This document shows positions 12,150 to 23,187 of a stretch of DNA of 46,926 nucleotides, piece by piece (positions within the stretch are counted from its first letter, which is position 1; each line of letters opens with the position of its first letter). The notes under the pieces were generated by a model, which was not told the DNA's origin, did not search any database, and worked only from the letters and a program-made list of their open reading frames with translations. The stretch comes from Spirogloea muscicola. Lineage: Eukaryota. The stretch covers positions 301,802-348,727 of the forward strand of contig WELB01000018.1 in NCBI GenBank assembly GCA_009602725.1, read 5' to 3'. The position numbers were made by a program, and so were the translations under genes.

Positions 12150-14036
12150 TTAATTGTTGAGGTCGATGTTGCGGCGCTCGCGGCGGGAGGCCTGCGGCCG
12201 GAGCTCGACCATGTCAACAAGTGCGCGCCCTTTGAGGCGTACGGAGCGAGTGAAGTTGCGAGTGTTGCGGCCCAGCACTGCGCCCAGGCCCGCCCAGTGC
12301 TTCTCATTCGATGGCTGCTGGTTGGCAACCGGCAGCACGCCCAGACGCTGCGCCTGCTCGTACAGGCCAGGAAACTGTGCCTGCAGCTATATCCGCTCAA
12401 ACGCCGCCCAAGCCCATGTCATGGTCAGGCCAGAGCTGCCTGAATTGAGTCCAGGCTACATGATACGGGGAAAGCTTTCAATCAAATTTGGTTGGAAAAC
12501 TGGGTGTGGCTTAAGAATGGGACATACCTTGCAGCCATCTAGGACGGCACACCTGGCGCAAATGCTAGTGCAGGATGCAGCACCGACTGACCAAGTGGGA
12601 CCAGGCATGGCCCGCAAGAGGGGTGCAGATAAGGGGGCAGCCCACCTCCAGGTTAACAGTGGCCAGCGCCATTGGCTCGCCAGGGTTGTTGGCGTGCAAG
12701 ATGGAAGCCACGGCATCATTGACCTGCAGCTCAACCGCGGCGGCAAATGCTGGTGCCGCAGGCCCTCGCGGTGGCTCTCCTGCTTCTGCATGGCGCCATG
12801 CACGCAGGCATTAGCGCCAGTTGTGGATGAGAAAGCTAGCATTAGCTGCGGTTTCCAAGTCCAGCTCCGATAGGCTTGCAGCTTCAGGTGGCGCATTAGG
12901 ATCGGGATTGAGAGCCAAGATGATGGTATCTACATGGTTCACTTGAGGTATCGAGCATCAGCTTGCGCGGCGGTGCTGAATGCTGGCTGGCTGCAACATG
13001 ATTGGCTATGGCCCTGGCTCACCAAGGTCGTCACCTTTCTTAGGCGCTGCCCCCCCCGAGTTGGGGCTCGACCTGCTCCCGCTGTTGCCAGGGTGCTCAC
13101 TATCCGATGCAGCACCTTCCGGTGGCTGCAGGACTTGCCGGCGGGAGGGCGCAGCTGGCTTGGCCAGACCTGCACAAATACGGCAATGGGCAGTGCTAAG
13201 GCATCGAGGGCGACAAGCCCCTGAGCTCGTGGCACAGCCAACGCTGTTTGACAAAGGGCAAGTGGTTATAAGGTGTAAGGGTTGAGACTACACCATCGAT
13301 GGCTGGCCGATCAACGGGAGTGGCCGGCTGCGGGCCTGCTTGGAGCGGAGAGCCGCCTGGACGGGCTGCAGCGGCAGCGGCGGTGTCGGTGCGAGCAGCA
13401 GCGGCCTTGATGGGCGAGTCGTCAGCTGTGGACTCGTTGGGCTTGAGCTCGGCGGGGAGGAGGAAGTAGAAGAGCTTGTCCCCGATCTGGAGCAGGTCCT
13501 GGGACGCCAGCGGCACGGCGGGGCACCCGCCCAGGTGCAGCTCGCTGCGGACGTGCAGGCCGTTCTTGCCCAGCACCTCCAGCTCGAACCTGGCCTCGGG
13601 CACAGCCAAGACGAGGGCGGCGCCGCCGTGACCACAACAACGGTCAGAGGGCTGCTGGCTGAGATGGGTGGTGGCAGTAATGACAAGATTTAATACCAGG
13701 GCTTAGGCGCAGCTCCTCGCATGCCTTAGAGCCCCATAATGGCGACAACGGCGCCAGTAGTGCTGTGAGGTATCGTCAGGTCACTGGGCTTGGGATTTAG
13801 GGGTCAGGGTATAACCGTCGGCGGTCGAAGGAGTAGTAGAGGCAGGCGTGCTGGCGGGAGATGTTCATGCCGCCGCCGAGCGCCGCGAGGTCGAGGTCCA
13901 CTGCGCCGCGCTTGCTGGCGCGCCCCAGCGTCACGCTGTACTTGCGCACCACGAACTCAAAGTCCTCGCCCACCAGCTTCGCCACGCCCGCCACCTTGCC
14001 GCCGCCGCCGCCGCCCGCCTCGTCCTCCTTCGGCAT
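12150..14036 (-). CDS. Forkhead-associated (FHA) domain protein, plant FHA1/FHA2-like
   Basis: MPKEDEAG...AGVAKLVGEDFEFVVRKYSVTLGRASKRGAVDLDLAALGGGMNISRQHACLYYSFDRRR|FELEVLGKNG...LASQDLLQIGDKLFYFLLP. The last exon KHWAGLGAVLGRNTRNFTRSVRLKGRALVDMVEL matches the plant FHA2 C-terminal motif. Middle exons are not fully resolved. Confidence 0.88.
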
Positions 14037-14883
14037 CGCCGCCGCTGCCGCCGCCGCCGTCGAGCAAGCTGCTCACGAAACTCCTCAGCAACCTGTCGAC
14101 GAACTGGACCAGGAGCCCATCTTTGTTGACCTCTTCATCCTCAACTGACCTTCCCCACTGCTCGACTGCTCGCTCTGTTCTGCTGCATGCTGAGGAATTG
14201 TCGTGAAGAGCAGACTGGACATACTCGTAAGCGGACTGCTTACTAAAAACAAATCTTAATGGAGGATCCTCAGCCGTGCACGTTGTGCTCTGTGCCAGGG
14301 CTTCTTGGGCACATGCTGCATGGCCGTCACTGCTGCTCGACAGCATCCTTAGCTGCTCGTGTGGCTGTCTTGGGCTATGTTGCAGTTGCAGTTACGTCAC
14401 GTTGCCAAATATGTTGCACAACAGCACAGGTGCAGGCAACAACAGTCTGTGCTTACTAGTCTGCATGCTAACGATGGAGCAGCAAACTCCCATCACGGCA
14501 GACATGATACTTTACGCTGATGAGCACAGCATGGCGCGGAGGGTGCACAGCCGCGGCCTGTTGACTAACGTGTGATAGTGGGACTAGGCAGACGGGGCTG
14601 CAGACGGCAGGCCTAAGCTTTCGGAAATGGTTCCCCTAAATCCTTCAGATCGCCTATTAATTTCGAATGTCCTGATTTCAACATGGGCCCCAGTGCAGGT
14701 AGCGACTCGTAGGTAGGGGAAGAAAGGGTATGGCTTGTGTGGGTACTCTCAGGCTCCTCTTGACAAGAGACTTAGTGAGCACATGGACGACTTCAGGTGG
14801 GTTTGCCAATGTTGAAGACATGTCATATCATTGGAGGTTCAGCGGTCTATATGGATTAGAACGTCATCATCAATTGAAAAGGA

Positions 14884-14920
14884 AATGCGTGTGTATTAAG
14901 AGATGGGGAGGCCATGTGTT
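14884..14920 (-). mobile_element. 37-bp 3'-tip of a CRE-like retroelement with an 18-bp TSD
   Basis: ATCATCAATTGAAAAGGA at 14866-14883 and 14921-14938 flanks aatgcgtgtgtattaagagatggggaggccatgtgtt. This insert matches the element 3' end at about 27324-27360. Confidence 0.85.
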
Positions 14921-14938
14921 ATCATCAATTGAAAAGGA

Positions 14939-15020
14939 GATGTAAGCTCATCCATTGGGACGGAGGGCTATGAAAGCCAGCCCGAAAAGATTGACATCCG
15001 AAGGGGCCGGAAAGTGCTCA
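14939..15020 (-). mobile_element. CRE-like 3'-UTR remnant
   Basis: gggctatgaaagccagcccgaaaagattgacatccgaaggggcc is the reverse complement of the hairpin-containing 3' UTR at 20161-20215 and matches the antisense copy at 39881-39932. Confidence 0.75.
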
Positions 15021-15420
15021 ACCACACAAATAGTAAGTCCCATGTAGGATAATCACTTTAGTTAGACTTACTTAGCAGTCGCAAGTCAGAAAGACTAGCT
15101 GCTGGAAAGCAGTCCCCTTGACGAAAATTTGAAGGTCAAGCAAGATTAGGCAAGGAACATGCATTAACAGATGCATGACACAGCCTGCAAAAGGAAAGAC
15201 TTTCCAGCAATTAAGGCACTTGTTGATTGTATAAAGAACGCCATAATCATTTGGCCCGGTGGTTGGGAGCACACCTTGTCCGTGCTCTACCTGTCCACCG
15301 AATAATTATTCAAAGGCGTTGGGAGAGCCAGTCGTGTTATTGGAAAAAGGCAAAGTCAGGCCTGATAATCGCTCTGACTTTACAGCTCGCAAGTGTCAAG
15401 TCTCGAACAGCATCCACAGC

Positions 15421-18400
15421 TTACTCTATTAATCCGCACTTCTTGGTGTCTTTTGGTGCATCGCCAAATTTGCCGGGGATGACAAAGACAGCCTCCATTC
15501 CTAAGACCTGTGTGAGTAACAATCGTTAGATGTATTACCGAATCTGTTGACTGGTTGTAATTGAGGCTCCATTGACAATGACCAAGCCATGCCGCCACAA
15601 AGATATGACAGTCCTCTCATGCAACCCGGAACTGTTGGCAACATGTGCTTGGAGGACCAGGGCAGTCTTCCTTACTGTTATACTGGGGTGGAGCAACATC
15701 TAGCTGCAAGTTGTGTGGTAACACAGCTTAGACAAAAGTGAAGGCCAATCAAGGGCCAAGTTGAGAATGTCATGATGTCGCACCTGATGCCATATGATGT
15801 GGCAGTGGAAATTCCATGCGCCTGGATTGTCAGCAATGAAGCGGAAAGTGGTCCAGCCATAAGGGAGGACGGGTGAAGAGTGCCTGTATGGAGGGTCCAC
15901 TAGATTGTACTTGGCAGGATCGCTGGCTGAATTGAATGTGCCATCGCCGTAGCCAACGACCCAAAATGAATGTCCATGCAGATGCCAGGGATGGTACTCA
16001 CTGTTGTCTGCAGGTTTGTACATGCCATGGACGAGGTTACAGAGCTTGCGGGGTGGCAGGCAGCATAAGGCACCACACAAGGCAAGTTTCTTGAAGAGCA
16101 GCATGACAAATCGATGAAAGCTTCTACATGAAAGGCCAGCTTGTGCTGCTCGTATGAGCAGCATTAGGCGGCCAGCCAGGGGTGCTTTACTTGGTGTCAA
16201 TGTGTTGGTGTTCTGGATAACGATGTCCACAGTGGATCCCGGCTGCAATGTGTATACTTGTTGACCATATGTCGCATTCTTGTTGGGTGGAGGCTGAGAG
16301 TAGTCGAAGACATAGGCTGGCTTATCAAGCGGCGGACTCATGTCATAGCCATTCTTGACGTTGTCCTGCACCAGTATGCCGTGCAGCGAGTTTCCAACTC
16401 AGATTCCAAGCTAAAATGTTGATGGCCAGGAAAGGCTCAATTTCAGGGGCGTGCAGAGTTGGCCGCAGCAGCGCTAGCCAAGGTATGCACGAGTCGAGTA
16501 ACGGCCTTCTTACAGCAAGCGATAGGAGGATGGGCGTCGAAGGCAAGGTGTACGATCGGTTGTTGACAGCCCATCGAATGGCTCCATTTATGAGATTCTG
16601 TGTTCCAACCATGATGATCTGACGGTCAGCTTTCTTTGGTACTTTGGGGGCATTGCTGCGCACGTCGTATCTCCCCTTGTACTGGATGAGCTGGGCCTTG
16701 CTAGAAGCCGTGTCGTTCCACAGTGGGCTGACAGGAGGAGCCGTCGTTGGCAAGGCCGAACGACTAACACCTGACACAACCCAGTCCACTGTTATAGCTT
16801 AACCTGAGTCCACCGAAGAGTGCAGGTGCCAGTGGAGTCTGCGAGCTCTTCACTGATCTCAGTGGCTGAGGCATCTCATGTGTCATATCACGTAAGCTGC
16901 ACCAGTATGAATCTAACCTGCCAAATTAAGCACCGCCAATCCGGTGGGAGTGCTTGGCTTGCGCCCACGCACATTGATGCCTATCCAGTAGTTCTTGGCA
17001 ACCTGTAAGAATAATCCATCATCTCCTGCTTGTGAGAAGGAGTATATCACGCATTATGACAGCGACTGTCTGCAATCAGGCATTGGCCTGATCTTCGGTC
17101 CAGTTCAGATGGCCACCAGTAGTGCAAGACTCCCGCCAATGGCTATGCCTTGCATACCTTTGAGGTCGTCAGAAGCACTTCGACAGCCTGGCCTGAGTAA
17201 ATGTTGAGCGTTGAAACGGTGAATGGCTGCATCAACCAGCCATCTGCTACTACCACTGTAAGCCTGTGGCCTTCGACCACAAGATTGAGCGTTGACAGAG
17301 AGGCCGCGCTGACGATTCTCCACCTGTATGTCTTCCCTGTCAACGATGAGCATGGCAAGCCATTGTTTAGATAGACGCAGTATAGGAGCACACAGCTACT
17401 CCCTCTGCAAGCGTATGAACGGTTGCCTATATCAGGGGAGTTCTCGGTCAGCCCACCACGGCAGACTTTCAAACACAACGCCATTAGGAGCAATCTGATG
17501 CAATGCTGGGAGCTCTTTGCCAGGGCTGACCAGGTTGAAGCTGATTTGTCATGGTTGGCAAGGAGCAGGAGGGGGAGCTGGCATTGCAAGTGAGGGCATC
17601 CCCTGAACCAACTGTTGCCTTGGGCACCAGGCTGCAGTTGTACTTGCCCCTGCCGTTGATCAGAAGCGACTGCAAGGAGTACAAGAGCAGCATCAGCTCT
17701 GTAGTGATGGAGTATACCATTGAAATAAATCTGGACATGGTGGGCCCAAATGAGCGCATTATTGAATAATCTACAGCAAATGTTGCTCTGGTCTCCAGCA
17801 AGCAAGACACCTTATGTGAAGTGACACACAGCCATTTGTCCGCATCGTGCCCTGTGCCAGCTTAGCAAGATTAGAGGAGTATGAGCCGAAGTGAAGGTAA
17901 CGTGTCATGAGGTCACCCATCTGCTGTGGTTCTTCATTTACCTGGGGCTCACCAACCCAACCAAATGGTATCGAGTTCAGGCCCACCGCCTGCTCGTCTA
18001 TGCTCCTGTGCCACCAGTCATTAAGGAGTAGCGGAGCGATCTCCCCGTCTATCTTGTACGGGAAGCGGCTTGACAACTTTGACGGCGAGGAGCTCTCCTT
18101 GACGATGAGGAGGCCGGTCAGGCCGTTCGATACCTGCAGGCCGTAGTGCCCATGATAGAAGTAGGTGCCGGACTGCACTGGCAGACGGGCAGCAAGCGCC
18201 ATCAGCAGCTCTTCATCAGCAGAGCTCCTATTTCATCCAGCAGCGCTCTCGTCACCAGCAGCTTAAGCAGCAGCTAGCACCTAGCCTGTTATTGCTTGTC
18301 TGCACCACAAGCTCCGGCCGTAGCAAGGCTCTTGCATTTAGCGCAGCCAATTCCCGCTGCCTCGCAGATGGATGGTCAGACCTTGTCAAGTGTGAACTTG

Positions 18401-19693
18401 TACTGGTACACCTCGTCCGTTTGGATGGGGCACTGCGTGACGTAGGCGGGCCCGTCGGCGTATGGAGTCTTGTACTGCCGGATGCCGTGCCAGTGGATGG
18501 TCACGCCCTGGTGGACGAGCTGATTGAGCACGTTGACCACCAAGGTGTCGCCCTCGGTTGCAGTGAGCGTGGGCCCTGGGAAGACGCCGTTGATGAGAAT
18601 GACCTGGATGTAAGCAGCATATGCCAAACAAGAGTTCCAGTCACCTGTCATGCCTGGGGTTCTTAGCGAGCCAAATGAAGATGCGGCTGTCTAGCGGACA
18701 AGCCCAGGTGCGCAGTTCCTACAGGCCAAAGGAAAGACTCGAGATTTTTCTGCGACTGAAAGCCATTGACAGATCACTGGCTGTCGTTGCAAACATTGCA
18801 CAGTCACCTGCACGTGGTCTCTACGCTCTTCAGAAGCTAACAGTATCCCGACTACAGGACCTCAGAGCAGGAGCTAAGCTCTCGCTAGATATCCTGCTTG
18901 TACAGCTGGCAGGTGTCGGATCCACGAACCTCCTTCATGACACAGTCGGGTGCCGAGAAGCCTTGCGAAATGGTTAGATTGTAGGTCACCACCTTAGCAC
19001 TGGCGCATCTGCATGACACAGCATTCGTCAAGAGGAAATGGGTATCAGCTCAAATGATGCCGGCTGATGCGATTCTTCATCCAGCTTGGAAAGAGTGGGT
19101 CACGAGCCGCTTGTGGGGCCTGCAAGTCACAGAAGGACGATACATACACGCAAAGAGGATCTGTCCTGCTTCTTCCACGCGCAGCAAAGTAGAATGTATC
19201 CAATACTTCAGTATGACAGCCCAGCGAACTGTACCGCCCAAAGGCAGATGACGTGCAGTGCAGGCTCATTGCAAAGCTATGCTGCTGCCGACTCCCGTGG
19301 CAGCTGCACTCCAGCAGAAGCTGCTGACGGGCAGCTCAGCGGCCACCGACACCGTGACGTGTGACGCGGGTTTTAGCGACAACGACAGTGCTTGCAACGA
19401 CGGCTCCTACAGTGCTGCTCCGGCTCGCTCGCCCAGCCTCCTTCGGGCTATCCGGATAGAGTAGACTGGGTACGAGGGAGCTTCTCGCCACGACGCGGGA
19501 GTGACAGGCGTCGCCAGAACTTCCCACAGCGAAGCGCCGAAGGGGGGCGCGGCACCGAGCTGAGTCGCCAGCTGGGCTGCGGGGAAACGGCAGGACGGAG
19601 CCGGGGGGATACCCACCTGGCGGCGAGCGCGGCGGCGAGGACAATGGCGGCGAGGCGGAGGCGACAGCCGCCAGTGGGAGCCGCGGGCGCCAT
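15421..19693 (-). CDS. Secreted multicopper oxidase, L-ascorbate oxidase-like
   Basis: ATG 19693 starts a signal peptide [65 protein letters not shown]. All four Cu-binding motifs are present: [23 protein letters not shown] and [19 protein letters not shown]. The AO-typical LLNDWWH...[14 protein letters not shown] is also present. The last exon (15421-15507) ends ...DTKKCGLIE*. Confidence 0.93.
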
Positions 19694-19999
19694 GGCGGCG
19701 GCGCGAGCTCCCACGGAGGCGGCGGGGTGGGGGCGCGGCGGGTGTAATAGTCCGGGGTTGCGGGCCAGTGGTTGGGCGGGCCGGGGGTNAGCGGCCCGAC
19801 GTCGGCCGGCGGACGATGACGCCGCCGGCTGCCGCAGACGGTCGCGCGGCCGGGGCACGCTCGGCACGAGCCGGGATTGCCCCCCCCGCCATCTCAGTAG
19901 AGTGTGGCCACCAAGCTTATGACCAAATACCCTGGCATCTCACCCCGCTGCCAGGTAACTAACAAATGCTCTGACCTTTCTTGACGTTGTACGTACTGA

Positions 20000-20215
20000 G
20001 GCTCTCAAAGCCACCGCAGCTTCCGGCAAGAAGAAGCAGCGTCCGGGCTGGTCTGTCGGATTTGAGGCTCCTCACTCGTAACTACTGAGTGGTCCGTCCT
20101 TCCCCCGTACTGCCATACAGTAGCTTCTTCAGGCCCCTTCGTAGCTGCTAAGCGTTTTTTGGCCCCTTCGAATCTTTGTCAATTCTTTAGGGCTGGCTTT
20201 TCACAGCCCTTGCCC
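20000..20215 (+). mobile_element. 5'-truncated CRE-like retroelement remnant (ORF end plus 3' UTR)
   Basis: 20053-20088 encodes LSDLRLLTRNY* (compare LSDLRLLSRGY* of the 37052 element). It is followed by ...gtcaattctttagggctggcttttcacagcccttgccc, the 3'-UTR hairpin. Confidence 0.8.
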
Positions 20216-20312
20216 TGAGCTTCCCTAGTATGTTGTCGTGGTTGGTAGAGTAGAGGAGTCCTTCCTCCTTTTGCCCCACCAGTTCGGCGCGGGGCTACGG
20301 AGCGGCGGAGAG

Positions 20313-20575
20313 AAGGCGCGCGGGGCGCATGAATTGAAAGGGAGGCCAATTCAAGCCAATACATTGTTCAGGCAGGGTCGAGTGCAGACTAAACAATGCT
20401 ACATAATACGGAGACCTAATCTAAGGTACCTAAGATGACATTAGTACCCACGGGTGAGCACAAACAAATCTGACAAGCTAGATTGGGGAGCTGGAGCGCC
20501 GCCACGAAAGCCGGAGGCCTGACTTAGAGCGCGCCCTGCACGTTGATGAAGAGCCAATGCTTGCGAGCGCTGCAA
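20313..20575 (-). mobile_element. Nested antisense 5'-truncated CRE-like copy with a 9-bp TSD
   Basis: The minus strand encodes LQRSQALALHQRAGRALSQASGFRGGAPAPQSSLSDLFVLTRGY* (TAA at 20441-20443). It is flanked by GGCGGAGAG at 20304-20312 and 20576-20584. Confidence 0.9.
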
Positions 20576-21750
20576 GGCGGAGAGGTGGTCGTGCACGGCG
20601 TACGGGCCGCCTTGGACCTGAACCCCGGCTGGATGGCCTTGGCGGTGGATGTCAGGAATGCTTACAACAGCGCAGACCGAGATGTCATCGCAGAGGAGTT
20701 GAGGGCGGCCTTCCCCAGCCTCCTACCCTTCTTCAGGCTGGGCTATGGTCAGCCAAGCGACCTGCTGTGGCGTACAGGGCACGGAGGGGTGGAGGTCCTG
20801 CAATCCTCCACAGGCGCGCGCCAAGGGGATCCACTGGCCGCGCTGTACTACGCGTTGGCCCACAACCGGGCGCTGCTGGCCACGGTCGCGGCTCACCCCG
20901 GGGTCCTCGCCCCCACGTACGCTGACGACACAACGCTGGTGGGGCCGCCAGACGACGTCGTGGCAGCCTTTGCTACCCTGGAGGGGCAGTTGGGCGCCAT
21001 CGGCCTGGGCATCCGCGCTGCCAAGTGTAGTGCTTGGGCTCCACAGGTCCTGCCTGCCCACCTGCGGTTGCCCACGGGCTGCCAGACACCTGATGGGGGC
21101 TTCACCCTCCTCGGCGCCCCCATCGGTTCCCCAGCCTTCGCGGTGGAGCAGCTCCAGGCCTTACTGCTGGAGCACCTCCGGCCGGCGGACCCTCTCCACA
21201 CACTGCAAGACATGCAGTTGGCGACGGCGATGCTGACCAGGTGCATTGCCCAGCGCCCGCACTACTTGGCCCGCGTCCTCCCTCCCTCCCAGGCGGTGAA
21301 GGCGGCGTACGCGGCGTTTGACTCCGGCATCCTGGCCAGCGCTGCCGCTCTCCTACAGCACCCCGACTTCCTTACCACGCCAGCCGCGCTGCTCCAAGCC
21401 AGCCTGTCTGTTAGTCGCGGCGGTCTGGGCTGCCGCCCAGTCGCCCGCGCCTGCGAGGCCGCCTATTTGGGCTGCTGGGCACAGGTTGCCGCACCCATCA
21501 GCCAGCGGTTCCAAGCTCACGGCATCCGCACCTTGGAGCGGGCGGTGGCTGAGGTGGAGAGCGGCTCGCTGCCCTTCCAGGAGGCCCTCCGCGCTGCCCG
21601 CGACGGGCTCCTGGCGGCCCACCCCGACATGTCGCAGCAGGTTGTTCCGTTCATCCACCTGGCGCACACCCCCGACCCGCGGGCCCAGGCCCGCTGCAAT
21701 GCGCTCGTGGACAAAGCGGCCTACGACCAGGTGGCGGAGCTCCTTCCGCC

Positions 21751-21814
21751 ACCTGTTAACACCTGTATGCATCTGGCTGGCATTTCACAGCCGATTCTTT
21801 CATATCAGCAGCCG
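21751..21814 (+). mobile_element. 64-bp in-frame micro-insertion with an 8-bp TSD inside the element ORF
   Basis: CTTCCGCC at 21743-21750 and 21815-21822. The insert is absent from the 37052 homologue and contains ggctggcatttcacagcc, a variant of the family hairpin. Confidence 0.7.
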
Positions 21815-22829
21815 CTTCCGCCGCAAGACAGTCGCGGGCGCGCCAGGCTGCTCTCAGCCTCCTCCCCCAGGGCGGCGGCGTGGGTATCCGCGCCCCCCAT
21901 CTACGCGGCCCTCACAATGCCCGATGCAGTCTACAGGACGGCGGTGCAGCGGCTTCTCGGCCTCCTCCCCCCCCTGCCTCGTCGGTATCACGCAATGCGA
22001 GTGCGGTGCCCGCCACGCTGACCCTGCGACGCTGGCGGCCCATATGCTTCGTTGTGCCCACGGCGGCGAGCGGACCGGATCCCATGCCTGCTCAGGGACG
22101 GCATGCAAGGCGTCTCCCTCGAGGCTGGTTAGAAGGTGGCCGTGGAGCACTCGTCAATAATGCCATCCTGGGCGACGACGACGGCCGGATCCACACCCGG
22201 CGCGCTGACCTCGTCGCCATCCCGCCCGGTGGCGGTCCGCGCATCATCGCGGATGTGGTGACCGCCGACTGTGTCGACTCCGCTAACCCCTCCAAGTCGG
22301 CGACGACCGCTGGGCATGCGGTCGCTCTGGCGGCCCGCGGCAAAGAACGGAAATATGCAGACCACCCGCCTGCCGACGAATTCGCAGCCCTGGCCATCGA
22401 TGTCCACGGGGCCTATGGCCGTGGCTGGCTGGACCTTCTCCAGCGGCTTGCCCGGCAGGCCATCGAGCGGCGGCCGGGTCTGCCAAGGGGGCTGCCCGGC
22501 TTCAACGCGGCCGGCTCCCTGGCCCAGGTTTTCCGAATGCGGCTCTCCGTGTCCCTCCAACGCTCCCTCGCCTATGCCGTCCACTCGCGTGCGGGCCGCG
22601 CTATCGCGGCTGCTTCTGGGTCGCGTCTGGATGCTTCTTTTCCTGCGTGGAGCTACTCCGACCTGATGTTGCTCACCCGGGGGTATTGAGCTTCCTGTGA
22701 TTTCGTCGTGTCTCATTCTCTCGCTGCCTAGCTGTGTGTTTTTTGTTTTTTCCGGCTTTTGACATTGTCCATTCTTTCTGGGCTGGCTTTGCTGGCCCCC
22801 TTTCTCTATGGGCGCGCACTTCCTTCCTC

Positions 22830-23187
22830 GGCATCTCATTCTTCGGCTTTGGACATTGTCCATTCTTTTTGGGCTGGCTTTGCCAGCCCCTCTTTCCCTA
22901 TGGGCGAGCCTTCTTTCTTTGCCCGCATTGGGAGTGCCACTTCTTTTTGGGCTGGCTTTGCCAGCCACTCTTCTCTATGGGCGAGCACTCCTCACTTCTT
23001 AACCACAGCCACCAGCCTAATCTGGCCGCTCTGTCGGGTTTCTGCTTTGATCTCTGAGAGTCCCCTTGCTGCCGTCTTGGCACTTACTACCGTGCTTTCT
23101 GCTCCATCCGGCTCCTTCAGACTTTGTCCATTCCTTTGGGCTGGCCTCTCACAGCCACCAGTCAATTTGGCCGCGCTTTCTTTCTAA
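22830..23187 (+). repeat. Head-to-tail stack of CRE-like 3' ends from several subfamilies
   Basis: Repeated units ...ttcttttt-GGGCTGGCTTTGCCAGCC-...ctatgggcgagc+(C/T)n, a cattgggagtgccacttcttttt tip, and a final unit (about 23053-23187) matching the reverse complement of 27895-28014. Confidence 0.85.

Larger units (their letters stand above)
20271..22829 (+). mobile_element. Degenerate 5'-truncated CRE-like non-LTR retrotransposon (RT, CCHC, RLE endonuclease), interrupted by two nested insertions
   Basis: PHQFGAGLRSGGE [insert] VVVHG...DVRNAYN...GARQGDPL...YADD...LLGAPIG...GGLG. There is a frameshift at the C-run near 21967 into PPCLVGITQCECG...HMLRC, further frameshifts and a TAG near 22085-22160, then RRADLV...DVVT...KERKY...LAIDVHG...LTRGY* (22689). 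The 3' UTR has the hairpin and a C/T tail. Candidate TSD TCCTTCCTC at 20259-20267 and 22821-22829 is low complexity and tentative. Confidence 0.93.

Noticed and set aside
12154..12873. 239-aa plus-strand ORF
   Set aside because: Antisense to FHA-gene exons and introns, with no domain signature.
22760..23160. CRISPR-like array of palindromic repeats
   Set aside because: Spacing is irregular, the intervening sequences are homologous to each other and to retroelement UTRs, the context is eukaryotic and there are no cas genes.
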